The notes under the pieces are model-generated. The model did no database searches, was not told the origin of the DNA, and worked only from the letters and a program-made list of their open reading frames with translations. From Armatimonadota bacterium (GTDB lineage Bacteria; Armatimonadota; DTGP01; JAKQQT01): a stretch of DNA of 64,000 nt. This document shows positions 8,184 to 16,544 of the stretch, in pieces. The position numbers were made by a program, and so were the translations under genes. Numbering within the stretch: position 1 is the stretch's first letter; the number at the start of each line of letters is the position of its first letter. Where the stretch lies: contig DASXUL010000039.1 of NCBI GenBank assembly GCA_036504855.1, positions 15,582 through 79,581 on the forward strand, given 5' to 3'.

Positions 8184-10037
8184 TCAGCCCAGCCCATTGG
8201 CGACCCTGGCTATCGCCGCTGCATCCCGAACGGTGATGAGTCCGTCATAGTCGAGATCACCAAGGGTGAGGATGTCGGCGGAGTCTGGGGTCAGGCCGCC
8301 CGCAACCCGCAACACGGCGGCGATGTCCTGCGCGTCCACTTTGCCATCCCGGTTCACGTCTCCGGCCGCGGCGCCGATGACCAGCGGCCCCAACGCGCTT
8401 CTCAGCCCCGTGAAGTTCGCGCTGCCGATCCCGGTGACGTAGTCCCAGCCGCTCGTGCATGAGAACAACCCATTGTTCCCCACCGTGACGTCATGGAAGG
8501 GCGCTCCGCCTTTCACCTTGCTGAAGACCTGGTAGAGCAACGGGCTGAGGAAGAAGGGCTTCCCGAGCGACTGCTGGATCAGGAGCAGGCCAGCCGCCCA
8601 TTCCGGCGCGGCGGCGCTGGTGCCGCCCCCGTAGAACCAGGCGGTGGTCGTGTTGACGGTGAGGTAGACAACGTAACCGGTGCTGGGGCTGGCATCCATC
8701 GAGACGTCTGGAAGCTGGCGCTTTCCATTGCTCGATCCGTTCTGCACGCCGGGGCCGGTTTGCCACGCCGGTCGTGGGAAGTAAAGGCTGAGCCCTCCTC
8801 CGCTGCCGGTGATCTTTCCGCTTACCGTGCCGCCCCAGCCGGTCTCGTGATCGTATGCGTCACCGGTTGCGGCGAAGAGGTTGGTTCCGCCGACGGCAAC
8901 GACGTAGGGGTCCGATGCCGGATGCGAAACCGCCACCGTGCCGTCCTGCGCTTCGTTGGATCCATTGTCGCCGCTGGAGTTGAAGATGGTGAGCCCTTCC
9001 GCGGCGGCTTGCTGGAAGACCTGGTGGTACGCGTCGAAATCGGCGGGCGCGAGTTGGTCTTCCCCGATGCCCCAACTGCTCGTCATGATCTTCACGTCGG
9101 TCTGGTTGGCGAATCGGTCGTAGATATCGAACACGGCGTTGCTCGAATTCGCGCCCAGCCACACCTGAATCTGCGCGCCCGGCGCCGAACCCAGCGTCAA
9201 CTCGGCGTCGAGGTCGGCCTCCTCGCTGTGTTGGGTCGTGCCGCCGTCCACGGCAACCCGCGTGACGTTGGCGGCGTTGAGGGCAGCGGAGGATGGAGGG
9301 AAGGCGAACTGGTTCACATGGGCGGCGTAGTTGGTGAGGTTGCTGGACGAGTAGTCCGCCAGGGAGTAGATGGCGATTTTCTGACCGGTCCCATCGACGC
9401 CGGCGTTGCGAAGGCCCTGGTAGTTGTAGAGCCTGTTGATGGCAGTCGGGGTAAACGGCGGCGTGCCGTTGTCTCGGGGTTGATACACCAGGGCGTTGGT
9501 GAGGCCCTGCACGGAGACCAGTCCGTTCGCGCTCACGCCGGCCGGAATGGCCGGGGTCCGATCATTGGCGAAGACCTCCCGCCCTCGCAGCCTGTAGCGG
9601 TTGAGGTGGACGCTGAACGCCTGCTCCAACTGCGCGGCGGCGCCTGTGGCGGTGATGCTGGAGCGGGCTGCGGACGTGCGGGTAACCTTGAGGCCGGAGA
9701 TGACGAGGTAGTTCAGCACGGAGGCGTACTCCGCGGGCGACGGGCCGAACCGCGCGCCGAATTCCCGAGGCGTCAGATAACGGAGGAACTGCGGTGACGA
9801 GGGATCGCCTTGCTCGGCAATGAGCCGGTCCACGGCGTCTGGATTCCGCAGAGGGAGGACAACCGTAACAGATAGAGGGGTTTCGGCCGCGAGGCGGCCA
9901 ATGGGAGCTTGCCCGGCCAACTGGGGCGGCGCCTGGGTGTGGGCTGGCTTCAAACTGATCTCGGCGGCGAATCCGCGCGCGGCGAGGTTCGCGAGGGCGG
10001 CGAGCCACGCCAGGCGGCGATGGTAACCGATGCTCAC
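8184..10037 (-). CDS. S53 (sedolisin/kumamolisin-type) serine peptidase with a pro-domain and two C-terminal dockerin-like repeats
   Basis: A GTG start at 10037 is preceded by AAGGAGG (reverse complement of 10049-10055) and begins the signal peptide VSIGYHRRLAWLAALANLAARGFAA. A pro-kumamolisin activation region is followed by an S8/S53 catalytic region (SGDNGS, GGTSAAAPEWAG). The C-terminus has DVNRDGKVDAQDIAAVLRVAGGL and DLDYDGLITVRDAAAIARVANG. Confidence 0.85.
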   Translation of the reverse strand: MSIGYHRRLAWLAALANLAARGFAAEISLKPAHTQAPPQLAGQAPIGRLAAETPLSVTVVLPLRNPDAVDRLIAEQGDPSSPQFLRYLTPREFGARFGPSPAEYASVLNYLVISGLKVTRTSAARSSITATGAAAQLEQAFSVHLNRYRLRGREVFANDRTPAIPAGVSANGLVSVQGLTNALVYQPRDNGTPPFTPTAINRLYNYQGLRNAGVDGTGQKIAIYSLADYSSSNLTNYAAHVNQFAFPPSSAALNAANVTRVAVDGGTTQHSEEADLDAELTLGSAPGAQIQVWLGANSSNAVFDIYDRFANQTDVKIMTSSWGIGEDQLAPADFDAYHQVFQQAAAEGLTIFNSSGDNGSNEAQDGTVAVSHPASDPYVVAVGGTNLFAATGDAYDHETGWGGTVSGKITGSGGGLSLYFPRPAWQTGPGVQNGSSNGKRQLPDVSMDASPSTGYVVYLTVNTTTAWFYGGGTSAAAPEWAAGLLLIQQSLGKPFFLSPLLYQVFSKVKGGAPFHDVTVGNNGLFSCTSGWDYVTGIGSANFTGLRSALGPLVIGAAAGDVNRDGKVDAQDIAAVLRVAGGLTPDSADILTLGDLDYDGLITVRDAAAIARVANGLG

Positions 10038-10121
10038 TTTCGGTCTTTCCTCCTTTATGTGATCGGAGCCGGCAGCCGCCGCTTGCCGCCTGCCGCGTGG
10101 GGCGGCGCTGAGACGCGGGAA

Positions 10122-10250
10122 ACCACAGAGACATAAGGGCGCAAAGGGCGGATGAAAGGGATCGATTGGGGGGAATGCCGGGCCCAACACGATCCACCTC
10201 CCCATCTATACCCCTTTCATCCGCCCTTTGCGCCCTTGTTTCTCTGTGGT
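10122..10250. repeat. Long inverted repeat with about 39-bp arms (36/39 identical) separated by a 50-nt loop. It lies upstream of the S53 peptidase gene
   Basis: accacagagacataagggcgcaaagggcggatgaaaggg (10122-10160) matches the reverse complement of cccctttcatccgccctttgcgcccttgtttctctgtggt (10211-10250). The right arm overlaps the last codons of ORF 10217..10669. Confidence 0.6.
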
Positions 10251-10669
10251 TGCTCCGCCAGGCCTTCCAGCCACCGGCGGAAGGCGTAACGCGCCGCCGG
10301 GCGAGCCAGGGCGGCGAGGCCGGGGATGGGAAATCGGGTCCAAACCTGCAGGCGCGCTTCGCACCCGCCGGATGGCGTTGGCGTTAGCAGCAGACGGCCG
10401 CGCTGCGCTACGCCTAACGAGGCGCTTACCGAAAGCCAGACGACCGCGGAGGGGCTCCACGCCTTGACGAAAGTCATGCGCAGCCCTAGAGGCAGGAACA
10501 CGCGATAGCGCACCCATCCGTCACCGCGCGCCAGCACATCCACGCGGCGGACGAATGGGATGAGTTCCGGCTCCAACTCTACGCGCGAGACCAGAGCCGC
10601 CGCCAAGGCGGGCGGCGCCGGATTGCGGGCGCTCACGCACAGGATGAGGCATTTCGATCGGTCAGCCAT
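10217..10669 (-). CDS. Hypothetical protein (150 aa), possibly SRPBCC-like
   Basis: It is the only sizeable ORF between the peptidase gene and the divergent downstream gene, with no recognisable catalytic motif. Its 3' end is embedded in the arm of the long inverted repeat. Confidence 0.35.
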   Translation of the reverse strand: MADRSKCLILCVSARNPAPPALAAALVSRVELEPELIPFVRRVDVLARGDGWVRYRVFLPLGLRMTFVKAWSPSAVVWLSVSASLGVAQRGRLLLTPTPSGGCEARLQVWTRFPIPGLAALARPAARYAFRRWLEGLAEQPQRNKGAKGG

Positions 10670-10786
10670 CAGTCTACAGCCATTGGCAGGGGCGGGCGGA
10701 GTTCGGCCGTCCGCCCGATGACGGAAAACCGGTAACTCAAGGCGGAATTTGCGTTTGATGGGCCCGGCGGGCGTGGGATAAACTCC

Positions 10787-11044
10787 ATGTTACGCATGAA
10801 CGCGGGCACGCGCCCATGCGGGGAGGGTTATCCGATGAAGCCCGCATTGTACGGCTGGAAGGACATGCTGCATGACTACACGCAGCTCCTTCTGAACGAC
10901 CGCTGGTATTGGTGCCGCCACTGCCGTCGTCCCGTTGAACACGTGCAGATCCCGCCTCCGGGCAGCCCCCCGGACGCGACCTCCCTAACGTGCCTCGATT
11001 GCGGCTACGCCGACCCGGAATTCCTGCACCTCCCTCGGATGTAA
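10787..11044 (+). CDS. Small zinc-ribbon protein (CxxC...CxxC), hypothetical
   Basis: An 85-aa ORF containing CRHCRRP ... CLDCGY. A start at the internal MKPALYGW is also possible. Confidence 0.4.
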   Translation: MLRMNAGTRPCGEGYPMKPALYGWKDMLHDYTQLLLNDRWYWCRHCRRPVEHVQIPPPGSPPDATSLTCLDCGYADPEFLHLPRM

Positions 11045-11163
11045 GCTGTCAGCCGTCAGCTGTCAGCCGTCAGCCCAGAGGGTCCGCCTGTGCAGACGCC
11101 GCGCTCTCTTGGGTCAGCCTTCCGGCTGATGACTGATGACTGAAGGCTGACGACTGACTACTG
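11045..11163. repeat. Intergenic palindromic element C, a compound of 7-mer arrays (GCTGTCA/GCCGTCA) plus a D/E-like unit
   Basis: gctgtcagccgtcagctgtcagccgtcagcc ... ggtcagccttccggctgatgactgatgactgaaggctgacgactgactac, located immediately after the stop codon of the preceding gene. Confidence 0.65.
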
Positions 11164-11237
11164 CCTCAGTGCTCTGTTCGGGTGGTTCTGTGAGTTGGTC
11201 GCGTCCGTAGGAAGCACCTTCTGTGTGTGAAAGGCTG

Positions 11238-11335
11238 GCGGGCAGGGCAAGCCCAGCCCCTACCAGGTCGGGGTCTCCATCCACCCATCGGTGGACGGCC
11301 GGGCCTACCGGGTCGGGGCTGGGCTTGCCCTGCCC
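11238..11335 (-). terminator. Large GC-rich hairpin (perfect 21-bp stem, 54-nt loop with an inner palindrome) downstream of the pilin operon
   Basis: gggcagggcaagcccagcccc (11240-11260) pairs with ggggctgggcttgccctgccc (11315-11335), and the loop contains tccacccatcggtgga. It lies 59 nt beyond the 3' end of the PilX-like gene. Confidence 0.5.
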
Positions 11336-11393
11336 TCGGAGCCTCAGATTGGCCCTCGCGCCCCGCAGTAACAGATCCTACCGAACGCGGCGC

Positions 11394-12713
11394 TCAGTTC
11401 TGCTCCCAGCTCTGAAGCTTGTAAGTGGTCACGCCGCCGCCGCCGCCGGCAACGGCCACGTTGGCGAGCTGTTCATCGTAGTGGATCATGCTGTTCCCGT
11501 TGATGACAATGGCGTTTCCCACCACCGCGCCGTACATATTGCTGGAGGCGGTGAGGTTGATCGTGGCGCTGGGCGCGTAAAGCACGCCTACGAAGTCGTT
11601 GTAGCCGCTCCAGTTAACCGTCTTGCAGCTTGGTAAGCCGTAGATCTGGACCTTGGCCGGCTGGTAGGGGTTGGAGGCGTCGATGGTGGTGAAGGATGCT
11701 CCGATGTTGACGGAGCCGGAGACGATGATCCTCAGGCTGCCGTTGACCTTGACCGCCGTGTTGCCGCCGGTGGTCACGTCGCCGGTGACGTTCAGCGTTA
11801 CATCGCCGTTGATGTTGATGACGTTCTGATCGCTGCTCAGGTTGATGCCGGTGAGGTTGTACGTGCCGGTGGGGATGTTCCAGGTATAGTTGTTGCGAAC
11901 GGGATCGTGGTTGCGCGCCGGGTCCAGAACGTTGCCGGAGTTTCCGCCGGTGACCGGGACAGTGGAGAACGGCACGCCGTTGGTGGGGGCTGTGACATCC
12001 GGCAGCGTGGTGGCCTTGCTGGCGACGGCGAATCCGTTTGTGGGATAGGCCCAGTTGGCTGCCCAGGCCGCCTTCATAGCGGCCGCGCTGTTCCCGGGGC
12101 CGCCCATGGCGATGCCCTTTATGTCCGGCCCGCCGGTTGCGGTGATCGCGTTGGCCGCGCTGGAGTTCGTACCGAGGCCGCCGTTCGTCTTCGTCCTGCC
12201 CGAATTGTAGGGGCCCAACGCGGAGTCGTAGGAATTTGTGTGCGGAGAGCCCGACAGGGCGATGGTGGTTTTGGCGAATCCGGCCATGGCGAACACGCCC
12301 GACACGCCGCCGCCCGAGTTCGTTCCGGCGACCTTCACGGTGATCTTCACCGGGTCCGATGGGGCGCTTTTTGCCGTGCCGGTGGAACTGATGGTCAGCG
12401 TGTGGTCAGACGTGTTTTCAGCGACGTCCACGGTGTACGAGCCCAGCGTGACGCTGGCTCCGTCTACCGTGCCGGTGACGTTGCCGGTTACCCTGGCGGG
12501 CTTGGCCTGGTGGTTCCACTGGTTCAGGGCCAGCTCCGCGCCGGCCTCCGCCACGTTGCGGGCCACCACGGTCGAGGCCTGGTTGTTCGATGCTCTGAAC
12601 TCCGTGGTGGTCAGGCCGAGGAGGGCCAGTCCAAGGGCCAGCACCACGAAGGTGAAGCCGATAGCGGCAATCAGGGCCATGCCACGCTGGCGTTCCGTTC
12701 GCTGTCTCGTCAT
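11394..12713 (-). CDS. PilX-like pilus assembly / minor-pilin-associated protein (large, Gly/Thr/Asn-rich)
   Basis: The start was chosen at ATG 12713 because AAGGAG lies 6 nt upstream (MTRQRTERQRGMALIAAIGFTFVVLALGLALL). It has an N-terminal hydrophobic anchor followed by a long low-complexity beta-rich region, and it is the last gene of the pilin operon. Confidence 0.6.
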   Translation of the reverse strand: MTRQRTERQRGMALIAAIGFTFVVLALGLALLGLTTTEFRASNNQASTVVARNVAEAGAELALNQWNHQAKPARVTGNVTGTVDGASVTLGSYTVDVAENTSDHTLTISSTGTAKSAPSDPVKITVKVAGTNSGGGVSGVFAMAGFAKTTIALSGSPHTNSYDSALGPYNSGRTKTNGGLGTNSSAANAITATGGPDIKGIAMGGPGNSAAAMKAAWAANWAYPTNGFAVASKATTLPDVTAPTNGVPFSTVPVTGGNSGNVLDPARNHDPVRNNYTWNIPTGTYNLTGINLSSDQNVININGDVTLNVTGDVTTGGNTAVKVNGSLRIIVSGSVNIGASFTTIDASNPYQPAKVQIYGLPSCKTVNWSGYNDFVGVLYAPSATINLTASSNMYGAVVGNAIVINGNSMIHYDEQLANVAVAGGGGGVTTYKLQSWEQN

Positions 12714-12766
12714 CTGCGTCTCCTTCGCGCCCACAATACCGGGAATCATAAAGGCCGCGCCCGCGG

Positions 12767-13375
12767 CTAGGAACTGGGAAGCCGTTTGTTGCGCATCCGT
12801 ACGCTGGTGAGCGCCAGCGTGAACGGCTGCGAATCCAACGTGCTGGCGACCTTGCAGGAGATGTCTACAATCGCGGCATCGCTAACGGCCGTGGCTTGCG
12901 AGCCGTCCTTCGTCCACATCTTGTACGCGAAGGCCGTGACCCCCTGGGCCACTGTGACCGTGTAGGGGTTTGTGGCGCCCTTGCGCTTGCTGGCCGAATT
13001 GCCGACGCTGGTGGTGCGATGGAGCACTCCGTCGCTTGAGTGCCAGTAGGTGATGGTGTCCTTGTACATCGTCGTGCCGTTGTAGACGATGCCGGCGTTG
13101 GGGCTCTGACACGGAACCTCCAAAGTGAAGGCGCCGTCGTTTGCCGGCAGAGTGGGGTTGGCGACCACCGCGTCGGCGAGCCGGATATCCATGGCGATGG
13201 CGTCTAGCGCCGTGCGCACGCGGAACTGTGTGAACGCTTGCCCCTGTTCGCGGGCGAACGTCCGCGTGCCCGTTATGGCGATGCTCATCACGATCATCAG
13301 CACCATGCTCCCAATCGCCATGGCGCAGAGCAGCTCAATATAGGTCAGGCCCCGGATGCGGGTATGGCGGTTCAT
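12767..13375 (-). CDS. PilW-like minor pilin (prepilin-type N-terminal cleavage/methylation domain)
   Basis: A start at 13375 gives MNRHTRIRG|LTYIELLCAMAIGSMVLMIV, the class-III signal motif. The gene overlaps the upstream gene by 4 nt. Confidence 0.65.
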   Translation of the reverse strand: MNRHTRIRGLTYIELLCAMAIGSMVLMIVMSIAITGTRTFAREQGQAFTQFRVRTALDAIAMDIRLADAVVANPTLPANDGAFTLEVPCQSPNAGIVYNGTTMYKDTITYWHSSDGVLHRTTSVGNSASKRKGATNPYTVTVAQGVTAFAYKMWTKDGSQATAVSDAAIVDISCKVASTLDSQPFTLALTSVRMRNKRLPSS

Positions 13376-13812
13376 TGGGGGTCGATGCCTCCCTTGCCGA
13401 TCACCGTGGCCACGGCCACGGATCGATTGGCCCCGCCGCGGTCCTTCCATTTGACGACGACGGTTACATCCTTCAACTCGCCGTTGGCATCGCCGGGGTG
13501 CCCTCCCACCGTAACGACGCCGGTCGCCCCTGGCAGGCTGGTTCCGCCGGAGCCGAGACCATTGGGGTCGAATGTCGCGCTGGCGATGCTGGCGAACGCC
13601 GTGTTGCGCACCATTTCGATCTTCTGCTGGGCCGCCAGGTGGGCGGCCATCACGAGCTTGGAGTCCGCGTTCATCGATGTTCCCTGCGCGGTCAGGTAGA
13701 ATGCCGACAGGAGGCCGATGCTGGCCACCAGGGTTGCGATGATCACCTCGATGAGGGTGAAGCCTCGTCGAGCCCGATGTCTGCGCTCAGCGGCGCGGGT
13801 GATGACGGTCAT
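13372..13812 (-). CDS. PilV/GspI-like minor pilin
   Basis: ARRG|FTLIEVIIATLVASIGLL is a prepilin cleavage/methylation motif. AGGAGG lies 7 nt upstream of the ATG. Confidence 0.7.
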   Translation of the reverse strand: MTVITRAAERRHRARRGFTLIEVIIATLVASIGLLSAFYLTAQGTSMNADSKLVMAAHLAAQQKIEMVRNTAFASIASATFDPNGLGSGGTSLPGATGVVTVGGHPGDANGELKDVTVVVKWKDRGGANRSVAVATVIGKGGIDPQ

Positions 13813-13843
13813 ATGCAGCCTCCTGGGTCTCGGGAAAAGCGAT

Positions 13844-14308
13844 CTATTGGATGCAGGGGTCCGACGGGCCCGCCGGCGTGTTGTCGTCGCGCACGTGGAT
13901 GGCGCCGATCTCGTTGACGTAGAAGGAGCGCAGCCCAGTGGTCCCGACCTGCACGGGCACGGCCACTACATGCCAGACGTTTACGTCGCCGCCGCCAGAG
14001 AAGACGTAACCGGACCGCTCTCCCTGAGCGAGGTTGGGATCGATTTCCGGCGGGATCTGACTGGCGAGGTCCTTGAAGTTGGCCGGGTAACCCGCCGGAT
14101 GGCGGATGCGCCAGCCCTCCATCCCCTTGGCGATGATGCGCAGCGAACTGATAGCGCTGGCCTCATTCGCGGATATGCGGGTGCGGATGATGTTGGGCGC
14201 CGCGATGCTGGCAAGGATGGTGATCACCGCGCAGACGATGAGCAACTCCACCAAGGAGAAGCCCCGGGCCGCGTGGTGACGAATGGGCCGTTGAGCACGG
14301 AATTTCAT
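13844..14308 (-). CDS. Major pilin / GspG-PulG-like pseudopilin (155 aa)
   Basis: An internal ATG at 14308 is preceded by GAGGGA. The protein begins MKFRAQRPIRHHAARG|FSLVELLIVCAVITILASIAAPNIIRTRISANEASAISSLRII, the canonical type IV pilin / T2SS pseudopilin N-terminus. The upstream 60 aa of the ORF were rejected. Confidence 0.75.
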   Translation of the reverse strand: MKFRAQRPIRHHAARGFSLVELLIVCAVITILASIAAPNIIRTRISANEASAISSLRIIAKGMEGWRIRHPAGYPANFKDLASQIPPEIDPNLAQGERSGYVFSGGGDVNVWHVVAVPVQVGTTGLRSFYVNEIGAIHVRDDNTPAGPSDPCIQ

Positions 14309-14465
14309 GGCAATTTCCCTCGTGTGCCCCCGAGATGAGGGCATCCGAGGGGTTATGCCACGGTTCAACTCTCTGCCTGCCCGGCATGAAGTACGAAATC
14401 GGATGAGCCTATGGGAGTGGCCTTTCCGTAGCCGCCGCCATAGGCGCATCGTGCCCGGTCTGCTG

Positions 14466-16544
14466 TCAGCGCCAGGCGTCCAATTCACGGGAGTCCGGAT
14501 AGTCGGCCGCGGCCCGCGTGAGAAGGTAGCGCGCTTTGCCGGGTTCGTGCTGGTTGGTAAAGATCGCCGCCAGCCGGAACCAGGGGGCGGGGTCTACCGG
14601 CTTGCAGGCGATGGCCACCTGTAGCGCCAGCTTCTCCTCCAGATCGTGCCCGTTCGCGCGTTGGGCTCGGGCGATGGCCCACCAGCACGCGGCGGAGTTG
14701 GGCGAAAGCCTGGCGGCCCGTTTGGCTTCGGCAACGGCTTCCGACGGCGCCGTGTAGCAGAGCGCGATGGCCCGGCCCGCGTGCCAGATGCCATTGCCCG
14801 GCTCCCTGGCGATGTTCGCGGCGTAGGCCTGCTCCGCGTCCACGGCGGCCGTGGCCGCGGCGATGCCGTTCTCGGAGGCGGCGGCCTTCAGCGCGCATTT
14901 GGCCAGATCCGCGCGGTAGCTCGGCTCCATGGGGTCCACGGCGGCGGCCGCGCGATACCACGCCAGCGCCCGCGGCAGTTGGCCGGCGGCCTGGCGCGCG
15001 TCGCCGATCCCGGAGAAGGCGTCGGCGCTGAGCAAGCCAAGGAAGCAGACCGCTGCGACGGCTCCGAACGCGATGGCGCTGACGCGCATGGCCTGCCCGT
15101 GGGCGCCCGCCCGGCGGATACCGATGGACACTGGTTCCGCGGACGCGGCCAGGCCCCAGAGCAAGGCAAGTCCAAGGGTCGTTACCGGCGAGCGAGGGGT
15201 GAGGCACCCCTGGAGGGCAAAAGCCACAAGTCCGCCAAAGACTCCGGCCGCCAGCGCCGCCCGCTCGAGGCGAAGGGAGGGTGGGAGGGCATTGGGCGAC
15301 GGCTTGTCGCGGCCGCTGTCGGCCCGGGCGCGATCCGCGGCGACGCTGAGGAGCGATAGGATGAAGGTCACCCAGGCGATCAGGCCGAGGGCGCCGCCGT
15401 CTACCGCCGCCGTATACCATTCGCTCTGCGCGTTGGCGTGCGGGTAGGCCGTTGAGTCCGGCGCGATAACGTGGTCGTTGGCCACCGTTGGGGCTCCCGC
15501 GCGAAACCCGTCCGGCCCCCATCCGAACCACAATCGCTTCTGCACCAGCGTGGTTGCGGCCTGCCAGAACTCCTGCCGATCGAGTCCGGCTTCCGTGACG
15601 TTCCACTGCGCGTTGACCGCGGGCGGCGACGGGGCCTGGCCGGACCGGTGGAGGCTGGCGGCGGCCAGCACTGCCGCGATGGCAGCTCCGGCGGCCAGCA
15701 TCCTGCGCGCTCGATGGTAATTCGGGACGGTAAGGACCCATGCGATGATGCCGGCCGCGGCAATCGCCCCCAGCGGCTTCACCAGGGTCGGCGCGAAATG
15801 GTATGCCGCCGGAAAGAGGATAACGCCCTGAAGAGCCGCCAACGTCATCCAAGACGCTCCAGCCTTTCCGGCCTTTGGCGTGGCCGCGTAGAGCGCCACC
15901 AGGACGCCGGCTGCGGCCGCCGCCCACATAGCGGGCGATCCGGTGAGCGCTAGGGCGGCTACGATGACTGCGGCCGCGGCGGCAAGCCATTTCGGGCAGC
16001 GCCGGGTTCGCGACAGCGCCACCGCCAGCGGCAGCGCCACGGCAAGGAAAGCGCCTTGGGCAATGGGGGTTGCGCCGGCCCGCCCGAAGGGGTTCAGCCC
16101 CTGGCGCTGCGCCAGCGCATAGACGGAGCAGATTCCGGCGGAAGCCACCCATGCCGCCATGATGCGACGCCGCGCTGCGGGCTTTCGGGCCGCCTCCCCG
16201 ATGGAGAGGGCCAGGACGATCGGCGGAGCCAGGCTCATGGCGCCCCAAACGCCCAGCGGCTTCGCGAATGCCGCGGCCACGCTGATCAGCACGGCGACCA
16301 GCCAAAAAGCAGCCGGTCGCGCCAGCCGCGCGGGGATGGCCATGCGCCCCGGGCGGGCAGCCCACAGGGCGGCCAGGAACCACCCGGCGAGCGCCGCGAA
16401 CCCCCACATCGCCGCTTCGGTAACCCGCCCCGAGCGGGAGAGGGTGAAGGGGTTGACGGCGAGCGGGGCGAGGAAAACGGCGCCGGCCGTTACCCGTTCC
16501 AGCGCGCGCCGGGCGCTATGAGCCGCCTTGCGTTGCACATCCAT
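14466..16544 (-). CDS. O-antigen ligase (Wzy_C) family polytopic membrane protein with a C-terminal TPR domain; candidate pilin O-oligosaccharyltransferase (PglL/PilO-like)
   Basis: The start was chosen at ATG 16544 because AGGGAGG lies 9 nt upstream. The protein has more than 10 transmembrane helices and the periplasmic loop RLWFGWGPDGF typical of Wzy_C. The C-terminus has TPR-like repeats (ALAWYRAAAAVDP..., LALQVAIACKP...). It sits directly upstream of, and on the same strand as, the pilin genes. Confidence 0.65.
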   Translation of the reverse strand: MDVQRKAAHSARRALERVTAGAVFLAPLAVNPFTLSRSGRVTEAAMWGFAALAGWFLAALWAARPGRMAIPARLARPAAFWLVAVLISVAAAFAKPLGVWGAMSLAPPIVLALSIGEAARKPAARRRIMAAWVASAGICSVYALAQRQGLNPFGRAGATPIAQGAFLAVALPLAVALSRTRRCPKWLAAAAAVIVAALALTGSPAMWAAAAAGVLVALYAATPKAGKAGASWMTLAALQGVILFPAAYHFAPTLVKPLGAIAAAGIIAWVLTVPNYHRARRMLAAGAAIAAVLAAASLHRSGQAPSPPAVNAQWNVTEAGLDRQEFWQAATTLVQKRLWFGWGPDGFRAGAPTVANDHVIAPDSTAYPHANAQSEWYTAAVDGGALGLIAWVTFILSLLSVAADRARADSGRDKPSPNALPPSLRLERAALAAGVFGGLVAFALQGCLTPRSPVTTLGLALLWGLAASAEPVSIGIRRAGAHGQAMRVSAIAFGAVAAVCFLGLLSADAFSGIGDARQAAGQLPRALAWYRAAAAVDPMEPSYRADLAKCALKAAASENGIAAATAAVDAEQAYAANIAREPGNGIWHAGRAIALCYTAPSEAVAEAKRAARLSPNSAACWWAIARAQRANGHDLEEKLALQVAIACKPVDPAPWFRLAAIFTNQHEPGKARYLLTRAAADYPDSRELDAWR

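Noticed and set aside
7016-8197. A 393-aa minus ORF and a 299-aa plus ORF that overlap each other
   Set aside because: Only the C-terminal 115 aa of the minus ORF has the DUF309 signature, and only the C-terminal 196 aa of the plus ORF (signal peptide plus beta-barrel) is supported by an RBS. The long N-terminal extensions overlap each other antisense and were discarded.
14485-16407. A 640-aa ORF in an alternate frame of the Wzy_C gene region
   Set aside because: It is a same-strand overlapping frame, and its translation is Arg/Pro/Gly-rich junk. The other frame gives a coherent polytopic membrane protein with Wzy_C and TPR motifs.
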